NCBI GenBank assembly: GCA_041476565.1
Contig: JBGOTQ010000001.1
Span: 6,280-70,279 of the forward strand
Length of the DNA: 64,000 bases
Source: Terriglobia bacterium
Lineage (GTDB): Bacteria > Acidobacteriota > Terriglobia > Versatilivoradales > Versatilivoraceae
Direction of reading: 5' to 3'
In this document: in pieces, positions 50,475-59,333 of the stretch
Layout: each line of letters starts with the position of its first letter
How positions within the stretch are numbered: position 1 is the stretch's first letter
Program-made: the position numbers and the translations under genes
Notes under the pieces: model-generated
Told to the model about the DNA's origin: nothing
Seen by the model: the letters and a program-made list of their open reading frames with translations, nothing else
The model's database searches: none

Positions 50475-51563
50475 ATGCCTTCCATGAACCTAGCATGCGA
50501 CGAACCCCCCGCAATCCAGTCAGTCAATCCGGCTTCAGAGAAGCGGCTCAAGAAAAAACTATTCCGCCGGCGCTCAATTGACCGATCCCAGCAGATACGC
50601 CACGGGGTGCAGGCATTATTTGTGTTGCTGAATCTTTGGATTGGGGGAGAGTTCTATCTCTTTGTTCGCTACTGCGAAAGTGGAGGAGCCGGGACCAAGG
50701 TGGAACGTCCGGCCGGGGCCGAAGGCTGGCTTCCCATTGCGGCCCTCATGAATCTCAAATACTCTTTGTTGACCGGACACATGCCTCCAATTCATCCCGC
50801 TGCCATGTTCTTGCTCATCGCTTTCCTGGGGGTCTCCTGGCTCTTCCGGAAATCCTTTTGCAGCTGGCTTTGTCCGATCGGTACAATCTCCGAGATGCTT
50901 TGGAACTTAGGGCGGCGCCTTTTCAAGAGGAATCTGGATTTACATCGTTGGTTAGATCTGCCGTTCCGCACCTTGAAGTATTTCCTGCTTGGCCTTTTTG
51001 TCTATGCTGTGGCGAGTATGTCGCCGCCGGCCCTTCTGGCGTTCATGAAAAGCCCGTACGGACTTATTGCTGATGTCAAAATGCTGAACTTCTTCCGCTC
51101 TTCGTCTTCGACGGTGCTTCTGGTCCTGGGGTTCCTGGCCCTGGCTTCCCTCTTCGTCAAAAACTTCTGGTGCCGGTATCTCTGTCCGTATGGGGCGTTG
51201 ATGGGGCTAGCTGCACTACTGAGTCCCAGTCGTATCCGGCGGGACCCATTAGTTTGCATCGATTGTGCCAAGTGCTCCCGGGCCTGTCCATCCCTCCTTC
51301 CAGTAGACCGGCTGTTGATGGTACGATCCGCTGAATGCACCGGTTGCCTGGAATGTGTAGCTATCTGCCCGGCTGAAGGAGCTCTCCGGTTGTCTCTAGG
51401 CAGGAGAAGAACCGTGCCTACCTGGGCATTGGCTGCCGGGATCCTCACTGTTTGCCTGGTCATTGTGGGTTACGCGAAGTGGTCGGGGCACTGGCAATCC
51501 AATATCCCGCAACAGGTCTATTTCAATCTCGTCCCTCGGTCCGGCGAATTGGCGCATCCCTGA
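50475..51563 (+). CDS. NapH/MauN-like membrane-bound 4Fe-4S ferredoxin-type protein
   Basis: The TM helices carry CxxxCP motifs (CSWLCPIG, CRYLCPYG). The C-terminus has two ferredoxin motifs (CIDCAKCSRACP, CTGCLECVAICP). The start is uncertain. Confidence 0.7.
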   Translation: MPSMNLACDEPPAIQSVNPASEKRLKKKLFRRRSIDRSQQIRHGVQALFVLLNLWIGGEFYLFVRYCESGGAGTKVERPAGAEGWLPIAALMNLKYSLLTGHMPPIHPAAMFLLIAFLGVSWLFRKSFCSWLCPIGTISEMLWNLGRRLFKRNLDLHRWLDLPFRTLKYFLLGLFVYAVASMSPPALLAFMKSPYGLIADVKMLNFFRSSSSTVLLVLGFLALASLFVKNFWCRYLCPYGALMGLAALLSPSRIRRDPLVCIDCAKCSRACPSLLPVDRLLMVRSAECTGCLECVAICPAEGALRLSLGRRRTVPTWALAAGILTVCLVIVGYAKWSGHWQSNIPQQVYFNLVPRSGELAHP

Positions 51564-51713
51564 CCAAGCCGTTTTTCATCCGACCATGAGAAATAGGACC
51601 CCTCTGTTGACGACGAGTCGGGCCTCTATCTTCAGCACCCACGGATCGGACTGCAATGATGAATCCGGGCCGCTGTGCTTTCGATCTTGAGTATCCAACC
51701 CAAGGCATTTATC

Positions 51714-52637
51714 ATGGAGGCCATGTCGAACCCGCTCATTTTTGACGCGCACGTCCATTTCTTCTCTCGCGAGGTCATTGGCTTTTATGCCAGGCAGTCT
51801 CCTGAACTAAAGGGACTGCCTGATCCGGAGGCCGTTGCGGTTGAGCGTCTGGGCATCGAGCCTCCGCCGGCTGAACCGGAGGCCTTGGCCCGGCGCTGGG
51901 CGGAAGAACTGGACCGTTTTGGGGTTCAGAAAGCCGTCCTGTTTGGGAGCGCTCCACACGAGCAGCACTCCATTGGGAAGGCCGTACGTGCCTACCCTGA
52001 TCGGTTCGTCGGGTTCCAGATGGTGAATCCGAGTGTCCCAAACCTGCAGGAGGTTCTGGAGGAGATGGTCACTTGCGGACTGAAAGGGGTGTTGCTTTTT
52101 CCTGCCATGCATTCCTACTATGTGGATGATCAGGTCTGCCGACCAGTCTACGAGGCTGCGCGGAAATACCGGCTAATTGTCTTCATCCATCTCGGTCAAT
52201 TAAAGATTGCCATCCGTGACAAGCTGGGCATATCCGGCAGGATGGAAGAACGCTACGGAGACCCTCGTCGGCTTGTCAAAATCCTTCGGGAAAATGAGGA
52301 TTTGGCCTTTATTGTCCCCCATTTTGGAAATGGCCACTTGACGTCCCTGCTTGCACTGGCCCAAGGGGTCCGGAACCTTTATCTCGACACATCCAGTTCA
52401 AACTCATGGATGCAGGCCACTCCCGAATATCCAAACCTGGAATCAGTCTTCCACACGGCCCTTGACGCGCCCTCCTTCGGGCTAACCCGGATCCTGTTCG
52501 GGACCGATTCCACAGTCTTTCCCCGGGGTTGGCGTCGCGATGTCTTCGACAGCCAGCTGGAAGTGATGAATCGACTGGGGTTGTCTCGCCACGAAGTCCA
52601 CGCAATCCTTTACGGGAACCTGGCGCGGCTCCTGTAG
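51714..52637 (+). CDS. amidohydrolase-2 (TIM-barrel metal-dependent hydrolase) family protein
   Basis: IFDAHVHFF is the HxH metal motif. Later His/Asp residues (HFGNGH, GTDS) are present. The start is the ATG at 51714. Confidence 0.7.
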   Translation: MEAMSNPLIFDAHVHFFSREVIGFYARQSPELKGLPDPEAVAVERLGIEPPPAEPEALARRWAEELDRFGVQKAVLFGSAPHEQHSIGKAVRAYPDRFVGFQMVNPSVPNLQEVLEEMVTCGLKGVLLFPAMHSYYVDDQVCRPVYEAARKYRLIVFIHLGQLKIAIRDKLGISGRMEERYGDPRRLVKILRENEDLAFIVPHFGNGHLTSLLALAQGVRNLYLDTSSSNSWMQATPEYPNLESVFHTALDAPSFGLTRILFGTDSTVFPRGWRRDVFDSQLEVMNRLGLSRHEVHAILYGNLARLL

Positions 52638-52736
52638 CCTCAACCCGCCTCATCTTGGATCCTAATCCAATGGGCCCATCTAGCCGATAGGATCAGTTTG
52701 AAGGGATAATGCTCACCGTTCTCCTACACTAAACAA

Positions 52737-54509
52737 ATGCTGAAACTCAGACGCCCCCGATTACTCCACCATGTTCTATTGGTCCTGCTGGTGGTTAGCA
52801 TCGGGCCTTTGAGTTTCTATGGATGGGAACTCATCCAGCTCAACAAAGAGAAATTGGAAACCAATGAAAAGTTGACGCAGCTCATTATTGCCAAGTCCCT
52901 GTCTCGAGAGATAGCTCAATACCTCAATGGTTGTCGAGAGCAAATCTTGGCGTTCGCCGGTGCGGTGGAACTCACAGGTCTTGACAACCCTGGGAAGATA
53001 GCCTTATTGCAGAAGAAATTGGAGGAATTTGTCAACCAATCCAAAAACCTGCTTTACATCAACATCGTCGATAACCGGGGTAAAGGCGTCCGTGCGGGAC
53101 GTTTCAAAGCAGACGACCCGGTCATTCAGCGCTTATTTCAGATCGCTTTCCTGGAGGCCAGTAAGCGAGACTCCTACATGTACATTAGTGCTCCCAAAGA
53201 AATCGAGTTGGGTAACCAGCGTGAGCCTGTCATCATCATGTCCACTCCCGTTCGCTCAGTGGCGGGGTGGACTGGTGCCACGACCGTGGTCTTAGGTTTG
53301 GACGATCTGATCCGTTGGGTGACGGACTATAGCAAGGGTGGCAAGACCGTTTATGTTGTCGATTTCAGCGGTCGGATCGTGGCCCATCCCAATCGGGAGA
53401 CCATCCCGGCAGGGATGGATTTCAGCAGAATTGAGATCGTCAAAGAGTTCATTGATGCCTGGAACCTGTCCAAGGGCAATGTCCGACTCCCGGGAACCCG
53501 GCCGTTTAAGCTCCAGGAAAACGGTCGGGACAAGGAGATGCTGGGCACATATTATCCCATCCCCGATGCTTCCTGGGGGGTCATCGTCCAAATCGCCGAA
53601 AGAGACGCCTATGCCACGGTAACCAAGATGAAGGGGGAGACCATCAAGTGGGGAATCCTGATGCTGCTCCTCTCTCTTTTAGTGGGGTCGATTAGCGCAC
53701 GATCGATCGCAACCCCCATTCAACAGCTTGCCGAGAGCACCCGTTCTATCGCCAGAGGAGACTTCTCCAAGAAAATCAAACTGAGGACAAAGACCGAAAT
53801 CGGGGAATTGGCGGAGACCTTCAACAAGATGACCGACGACCTCGAGGCCTACATCCGGCAGATCAAGCAAGCCCTCGAGGATAATCATCACCTGCTCTTA
53901 AAGAATAAAGCTTTGTTCCTGGGAACCATCCGCGCCCTGGCCGCGGCCATTGACGAAAAGGATCCATATACTCGAGGTCATTCAGAAAGGGTGACCGAGT
54001 ATTCCCTTATTTTAGCCAGGCGTCTGGGGATGAGTGAGCAGGAACTGGAGACCCTTCAAATTGCCGCGCTTCTTCACGATGTAGGGAAAATCGGCATTGA
54101 TGATAAGGTCCTGAAGAAGCCGGGCTATTTGACCCCGGAGGAATTCGAAGTGATGAAGCAACACCCGGTCAAGGGAGCCAACATCATGAAATCCATTGAT
54201 CAAATGAAAGAAATGCTCCCTGGATTGAAGCACCACCATGAACAGTGGGATGGCAACGGATACCCGGATCAGCTTCAAGGCACGGGAATCCCCCTGGTTG
54301 CGCGAATCATCAGTGTGGCGGATACCTTCGATGCCATGACCACAGATCGCCCTTATCAAAGAGCGATTGACCTCGATTTGACCTTGCAAAAAATCCAGCA
54401 GAATGCTGGAATCAAATTCGACGCAGAAGTAGTCGGTGCGTTGATCAGTGCGCTGGCTTCCGGGGAAATTACACTCACCCGGGCCCTGGTGCCGGCGCAG
54501 GCAATCTAA
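52737..54509 (+). CDS. HD-GYP phosphodiesterase with periplasmic sensor (Cache-like) and HAMP domain
   Basis: TM1, a ~280-aa extracytoplasmic region and TM2 are followed by HAMP (IARGDFSKKIKLRTKTEIGELAETFNKM). The HD-GYP core is HSERV...LHDVGKIGI...HHEQWDGNGYP. Confidence 0.8.
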   Translation: MLKLRRPRLLHHVLLVLLVVSIGPLSFYGWELIQLNKEKLETNEKLTQLIIAKSLSREIAQYLNGCREQILAFAGAVELTGLDNPGKIALLQKKLEEFVNQSKNLLYINIVDNRGKGVRAGRFKADDPVIQRLFQIAFLEASKRDSYMYISAPKEIELGNQREPVIIMSTPVRSVAGWTGATTVVLGLDDLIRWVTDYSKGGKTVYVVDFSGRIVAHPNRETIPAGMDFSRIEIVKEFIDAWNLSKGNVRLPGTRPFKLQENGRDKEMLGTYYPIPDASWGVIVQIAERDAYATVTKMKGETIKWGILMLLLSLLVGSISARSIATPIQQLAESTRSIARGDFSKKIKLRTKTEIGELAETFNKMTDDLEAYIRQIKQALEDNHHLLLKNKALFLGTIRALAAAIDEKDPYTRGHSERVTEYSLILARRLGMSEQELETLQIAALLHDVGKIGIDDKVLKKPGYLTPEEFEVMKQHPVKGANIMKSIDQMKEMLPGLKHHHEQWDGNGYPDQLQGTGIPLVARIISVADTFDAMTTDRPYQRAIDLDLTLQKIQQNAGIKFDAEVVGALISALASGEITLTRALVPAQAI

Positions 54510-54556
54510 CAACAATCCAATTTGCCAGTGAACATTGGCTCGGCTTCCCTGATTCA

Positions 54557-54910
54557 ATGCCGTACCAGTCAATCTTGAAGACCTTGCTCGAGAGTATCGA
54601 TGGCGCTGTCGGTGCCGGATTTGTTGACTATGATGGTGAGGCTGTTCAATTGGCTGGACAATTTGAGGATTTTGCCCATCGTGTTCATCTTGCTTACCAG
54701 GGACTCTTTTTGGAAAGCCTGAAGAGTTTCCACGAGCAACATTTGGGCGCTCCCTTATCCCTGGTCTGCGTTTACCAGAACCTTACGCTGGTGATTAAGC
54801 CGCTTAAAAGCGGTTACTTTCTGGTCCTGACTCTGGCCCACCGCAAGCAATTAGCCAAAGCGCTGCGAGCTGCCGAAGAGGCGGCAGCCCATCTGAACCT
54901 CGATCTATAA
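54557..54910 (+). CDS. Roadblock/LC7 (MglB-like) domain protein
   Basis: It is 117 aa. The sequence pattern LLESIDGAVGAGFVDYDGEAV ... YFLVLTLAHRKQLAKAL resembles the Roadblock/LC7 fold. This is a weak recognition. Confidence 0.45.
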   Translation: MPYQSILKTLLESIDGAVGAGFVDYDGEAVQLAGQFEDFAHRVHLAYQGLFLESLKSFHEQHLGAPLSLVCVYQNLTLVIKPLKSGYFLVLTLAHRKQLAKALRAAEEAAAHLNLDL

Positions 54911-55013
54911 CCGGTGATTTACTGGGGTTCAGTGGTATCATAAGGCTGTCAGCCTGGCTTGGTGCGGGGCGGAGTGCCTGCCTTGAGGGGCCACGGTTGA
55001 GATGAGGAAATGA

Positions 55014-55964
55014 ATGCAGACTCTGTTTGGTACACCGGAAAAGAGAGAAGGGCTGTTCAGCAAATTAAAGTCAGCTGTGAGCTCGACTAAGGCTAATTTG
55101 GTCGCCCGGATCGAGGAGGTTGTCAGCGGCAAGAAAGAAATTGATGCCAGCCTCCTCGATGAATTGGAGACTGTTTTGATCGGGGCTGACCTCGGTTTTC
55201 AAACCAGCACGGAGATTCTGGGTGGCATCCGCGAGAAAGTCAGACGCCAGGAGGTCAGAGATGCTGCCTTGCTGAAGCCCCTGATCAAAGCAGAGATTTT
55301 GAGAATCCTGGAGTCTACGCCTTCACTTCCTAAAGAATCCGAGGCCCAACGCCCCAGGGTCATCGTGGTCGTGGGCGTCAATGGAGTTGGGAAGACGACC
55401 ACCATTGGGAAGCTCGCTAACCTCTACCAGCAGGCAGGTCAGAAGGTTCTGATTTGTGCTGCAGACACCTTCCGGGCTGCAGCCGTCGAACAACTGGAGG
55501 TGTGGGCTCGGCGGGCAAATGTCGCGATCATCCGCCAGAAACCCGGTGCAGACCCGTCAGCTGTTTTGTTTGATGCCATCATGGCATCGAAGGCACGCGA
55601 CGTCGGGGTGCTGATTGTGGATACCGCCGGTCGACTTCACACCAAGGACAGCTTGATGCGCGAGCTTGAAAAGATGAAACGCATCGCTGGACGGGAAATC
55701 CCCGGGGCGCCTCATGAAGTGCTTCTGGTGATCGATGCCGTGACCGGACAGAACGGCCTGAACCAGGCCAGAGAGTTCACTCGCAGTGCCGGAGTCAGTG
55801 GCATTGTGTTGACCAAGCTGGACGGAACAGCCAAGGGGGGGGTGGTCGTGGCCATTGCGAAGGACCTCAAAATACCGATCCAATATGTGGGCGTCGGAGA
55901 GAAACTGGATGACCTTGTGGAGTTCTCCCCCCAGCAGTTTGTGGAGTCGCTGTTTAACGGATAG
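55014..55964 (+). CDS. ftsY: signal recognition particle receptor
   Basis: The NG domain is present: [25 protein letters not shown] and [10 protein letters not shown]. The acidic A-domain is short. Confidence 0.9.
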   Translation: MQTLFGTPEKREGLFSKLKSAVSSTKANLVARIEEVVSGKKEIDASLLDELETVLIGADLGFQTSTEILGGIREKVRRQEVRDAALLKPLIKAEILRILESTPSLPKESEAQRPRVIVVVGVNGVGKTTTIGKLANLYQQAGQKVLICAADTFRAAAVEQLEVWARRANVAIIRQKPGADPSAVLFDAIMASKARDVGVLIVDTAGRLHTKDSLMRELEKMKRIAGREIPGAPHEVLLVIDAVTGQNGLNQAREFTRSAGVSGIVLTKLDGTAKGGVVVAIAKDLKIPIQYVGVGEKLDDLVEFSPQQFVESLFNG

Positions 55965-56004
55965 GGACGGCATCAACACGAATGCGCAAAGGGACTAATC
56001 CCGC

Positions 56005-57117
56005 ATGTCTGACGCAGATTCAATTTATATGGGCCGTGCCCTGGAACTGGCGGCGCGGGGAATAGGACTGGCCAGTCCTAATCCGATGGTGGGTGCAGTC
56101 CTGGTCAATAACAAGGTCATAGTCGGTGAAGGCTTCCATACCTATGCCGGGTTAAAGCATGCCGAGGTGCTAGCCATCGAGCGGGCAGGAGAATCAGCCC
56201 GGGGGGCCACTCTTTACGTAAATCTTGAGCCCTGTAGTCATACGGGCAGGACTCCTCCCTGTTCGGAGTTGCTATTCCGTTCCGGGATTGTTCGGGTTGT
56301 GGCTGCCATGGAGGACCCCAATCCCAAGGTAGCGGGACAAGGGGTTCGAAATTTGAGACAGGGTGGGGTCGTGGTGTCCCTGGGCTTGTTGCAGCAAGAG
56401 GCGCAAAAACTCAATGAAGCCTTTTCTAAATATATTACCGTACGGCGGCCGTTTATAAGCTTGAAAGCAGGTATTACTTTGGACGGGAAGCTTGCAGACT
56501 TCCGGGGGGAATCCAAGTGGATCACCTCTGGGGAGGCCCGTCAGAGGGTTCAGCAATTGCGGTTCGAGAATGACGCCGTCTTGGTTGGAATTGGGACCGT
56601 GTTAAAGGACGACCCTCTTCTGACAGACCGGACCGGCCACCCTCGACGGAGACCGCTTGTGCGGGTCGTGCTCGATTCACGACTCCAGCTTTCCGTATTC
56701 AGCCAGTTAATCAAGTCCTCAATCCGGGGTGATATAATGGTGTTTTGCTCTCTGGGTCGGGATCCTCGTCGGGAAGCCGAACTAAAAGACCGGGGAGCCA
56801 ACGTCATCTTGGCGCCTGTGGCCACCGGGAAAATCCCTTTTGACTTTGTTCTTGAGGAACTGGGCCGACGCGAGATCACCAGCTTGTTGGTCGAAGGCGG
56901 CGCAGAGATCAACTATGAAGCGCTGCAGTCCCATCAGGTCGACAAACTGATCTTGTTCATGGCACCTAAGATTTTGGGGGGCAAGGACTCTGTACCCATG
57001 GTCGGAGGGACTGGCTTTGGTGAACTGCAGCACAGTCAAGTGTTTCAGTTTGCTTCTGTAGAGAGAATCGGGCCCGACTTGGCGATTGAGGCGTATCCCC
57101 CCAAAACCTGGACTTGA
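56005..57117 (+). CDS. ribD: bifunctional riboflavin biosynthesis deaminase/reductase
   Basis: HAEVLAIERAG...EPCSHTGRTPPC is the CMP/dCMP deaminase zinc motif. It is followed by a RibD C-terminal reductase domain. Confidence 0.9.
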   Translation: MSDADSIYMGRALELAARGIGLASPNPMVGAVLVNNKVIVGEGFHTYAGLKHAEVLAIERAGESARGATLYVNLEPCSHTGRTPPCSELLFRSGIVRVVAAMEDPNPKVAGQGVRNLRQGGVVVSLGLLQQEAQKLNEAFSKYITVRRPFISLKAGITLDGKLADFRGESKWITSGEARQRVQQLRFENDAVLVGIGTVLKDDPLLTDRTGHPRRRPLVRVVLDSRLQLSVFSQLIKSSIRGDIMVFCSLGRDPRREAELKDRGANVILAPVATGKIPFDFVLEELGRREITSLLVEGGAEINYEALQSHQVDKLILFMAPKILGGKDSVPMVGGTGFGELQHSQVFQFASVERIGPDLAIEAYPPKTWT

Positions 57118-57124
57118 ACCAATC

Positions 57125-57769
57125 ATGTTTACTGGGATTATAGAAGAAGTGGGCCAGATTCGAGAGCTTCGACTTACCGGGAAAACTGCCGAGATTCAGG
57201 TTGAAGCCCGGAAGGTCTTGAAAGGTCTGCAGCCGGGGGACAGCATTTCGGTCAATGGGGTTTGCCTCACGGTGCGAAGCTTAACAGGGGAGGGCTTTCA
57301 TGCGGAAATCTCTCGAGAGACTTTGGCACGGACCAGCTTTGCCAGATCTAAAAAGGGCGACTCCGTAAACCTGGAGCGGCCCTTGCTGCCGACCAGTCGC
57401 TTGGGCGGTCATTTTGTCCAAGGTCACGTGGATGCGATTGGGAAGGTGGAAAAGATCCAGCCGGAAGGGGAGTTTGCGGTCCACTGCTTTTCACTGCCAG
57501 AAGCTATTCTGCCCTATGTGGTTGAAAAAGGCTCCATTGCGGTCGACGGTGTCAGCCTGACTGTCTCTAAGCTTGGTTCCGGCCAATTCGAAGTTGCTCT
57601 TATCCCCCACACCCTTGAGAACACGAATCTAGGCGATCGACGGGCGGGGGACTGGGTCAACCTGGAGTGCGACATCCTGGCCAAATACGTGGAGTCATTA
57701 CTCAAGGCCAGAGAGAAATCGAAGAAGGCCCCCGTGACCTTGGAGTATCTGAGGGAGCAGGGGTACTAG
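57125..57769 (+). CDS. ribE: riboflavin synthase alpha chain
   Basis: [10 protein letters not shown]...SVNGVCLTV repeated in two lumazine-binding halves (AVDGVSLTV). Confidence 0.85.
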   Translation: MFTGIIEEVGQIRELRLTGKTAEIQVEARKVLKGLQPGDSISVNGVCLTVRSLTGEGFHAEISRETLARTSFARSKKGDSVNLERPLLPTSRLGGHFVQGHVDAIGKVEKIQPEGEFAVHCFSLPEAILPYVVEKGSIAVDGVSLTVSKLGSGQFEVALIPHTLENTNLGDRRAGDWVNLECDILAKYVESLLKAREKSKKAPVTLEYLREQGY

Positions 57770-57929
57770 CCTCACACGATAAAGAGAAGGGCGAAATGAA
57801 GCAAAGGGGGGAGAAGGGTAATCTTTGGAGTTGAGGTCCTGGGACCCCAGCTTCCAACATCCGTCAGGGTCTATGAGGTTTGTTCTGCTACTGAAGGCAA
57901 CGGCCATTTGAAAGAATTGGGCAGTCCAA

Positions 57930-59054
57930 ATGTATTTCTCCACTATTGAAGAAGCCATCGAAGAATTCCAAGCTGGGCGGATGGTCATCATCGTAGACGA
58001 TGAAGACCGGGAAAACGAAGGTGACCTGACCATTGCTGCTGAGAAAGTTTCTCCAGAGGCCATCAATTTTATGGCTCGCTTCGGTCGTGGATTGATTTGC
58101 CTGGCCATGACTGGCGAGCGATTGGACGAGCTGCAGATTCCACTGATGGTGACGGAAAACAATTCCAATTATGGGACGGCTTTCTGCGTTTCCATTGAGG
58201 CACGCAGGAACGTCTCGACCGGCATTTCAGCAGCCGACCGGGCCACAACCATACTGACGGCCATCAGTCATGCCGCCAAGCCGCAGGACTTGGCGCGACC
58301 AGGCCATGTGTTTCCTCTGCGAGCCCGCAAAGGAGGAGTGCTGATGCGGGCCGGACAGACCGAAGCTTCCGTGGACCTGGCGCGGATTGCAGGGCTTTAT
58401 CCGGCTGGAGTGATCTGTGAAGTCATGAACGACGATGGAACCATGGCACGTGTGCCAGAACTTCAGGAGTTTGCACAGCGGCATCAATTAAAGATGATCA
58501 CCGTGGCCGACCTGATCAAACACCGGCTCCGGACCGAATCATTTGTGCAGCAGGTGGCGGAAGCTGAGCTGCCTACCCAATACGGGACCTTCCGGATGAT
58601 GGTCTTCAGCTGCGAGATTGATGGCGACACCCACGTGGCCTTGGTTTACGGGAAGATTGATCCGGAGAAGCCCGTTCTGGTCCGAGTCCATTCACACTGC
58701 CTGACGGGCGACGTCTTTGCATCGTCCCAGTGCCATTGCCGGGCCCAATTGGAGAAGTCCCTGGAGATGATTGCCCGGGAAGGGAATGGAGTCGTGCTTT
58801 ACATGCACCAGCCGGGCCGCGGTTTCGAGCTGCAGAGAGGTGAGAACCGCATCACCTATCATGGCATGGCTCACGTTGATGAAGAGGCCTACAGCATGAA
58901 GCGGGCCAAGCGCGATTATGGCACCGGCGCGCAAATCTTGTCGAAACTCAATCTCAGACGAATCCGTATACTCACCAACCATCCCCGGAAGCTGATCGGC
59001 CTGGAGGGCTATGGCCTCACCGTGGTGGAGCAAGTGCCGATCCGGATCTCCTGA
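57930..59054 (+). CDS. ribBA: bifunctional 3,4-dihydroxy-2-butanone-4-phosphate synthase / GTP cyclohydrolase II
   Basis: The DHBP synthase region is [11 protein letters not shown]. The GTP cyclohydrolase II zinc motif is [14 protein letters not shown]. Confidence 0.9.
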   Translation: MYFSTIEEAIEEFQAGRMVIIVDDEDRENEGDLTIAAEKVSPEAINFMARFGRGLICLAMTGERLDELQIPLMVTENNSNYGTAFCVSIEARRNVSTGISAADRATTILTAISHAAKPQDLARPGHVFPLRARKGGVLMRAGQTEASVDLARIAGLYPAGVICEVMNDDGTMARVPELQEFAQRHQLKMITVADLIKHRLRTESFVQQVAEAELPTQYGTFRMMVFSCEIDGDTHVALVYGKIDPEKPVLVRVHSHCLTGDVFASSQCHCRAQLEKSLEMIAREGNGVVLYMHQPGRGFELQRGENRITYHGMAHVDEEAYSMKRAKRDYGTGAQILSKLNLRRIRILTNHPRKLIGLEGYGLTVVEQVPIRIS

Positions 59055-59063
59055 TGCCCCGGA

Positions 59064-59224
59064 GAGTGCAATTCAAAGTGCGACAGAATTAACTCATATA
59101 TTCACGGTTCGGGCGCCGCGGGGGCGCGGCGTCTCCAAGGACTTGGAGACGGGACGCCCTCGTCCCGCTTCCGGCAACACACCCTGGACACATGGCCTCT
59201 CCAGTCGCACTTTGAATTACACCC
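59064..59224. mobile_element. putative MITE-like non-autonomous element (161 bp) with 21-bp terminal inverted repeats and 9-bp flanking direct repeats
   Basis: The left end GAGTGCAATTCAAAGTGCGAC (59064-84) matches the reverse complement of the right end GTCGCACTTTGAATTACACCC (59204-24) at 19 of 21 positions. The element is flanked by identical TGCCCCGGA at 59055-63 and 59225-33, which look like a target-site duplication. The interior holds three GC-rich hairpins and no ORF. Confidence 0.45.
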
Positions 59225-59333
59225 TGCCCCGGAAATCATGTTGACATTCCGGGCTGAAGCCGTCAGACTTTAATGTTTCCAAATCTATCGATCTGCACAC
59301 ACCTCTTAGAGGAGAAACAGGCCAAAGAAAGCC

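Noticed and set aside
57770-57929. Possible FMN riboswitch or other cis-regulatory RNA in the ribE-ribBA gap, and in the 55965-56004 ribD leader
   Set aside because: The conserved RFN core sequences are not present. Only a short CTGGG-AC-CCCAG hairpin was seen, which is insufficient to call an RNA element.
59011-59244. 77-aa ORF spanning the ribBA-kinase spacer
   Set aside because: It runs through the MITE-like inverted-repeat element and its GC hairpins. The sequence is Arg/Pro/Ser-rich with no start context, so it is an artefact of GC-rich palindromic DNA.
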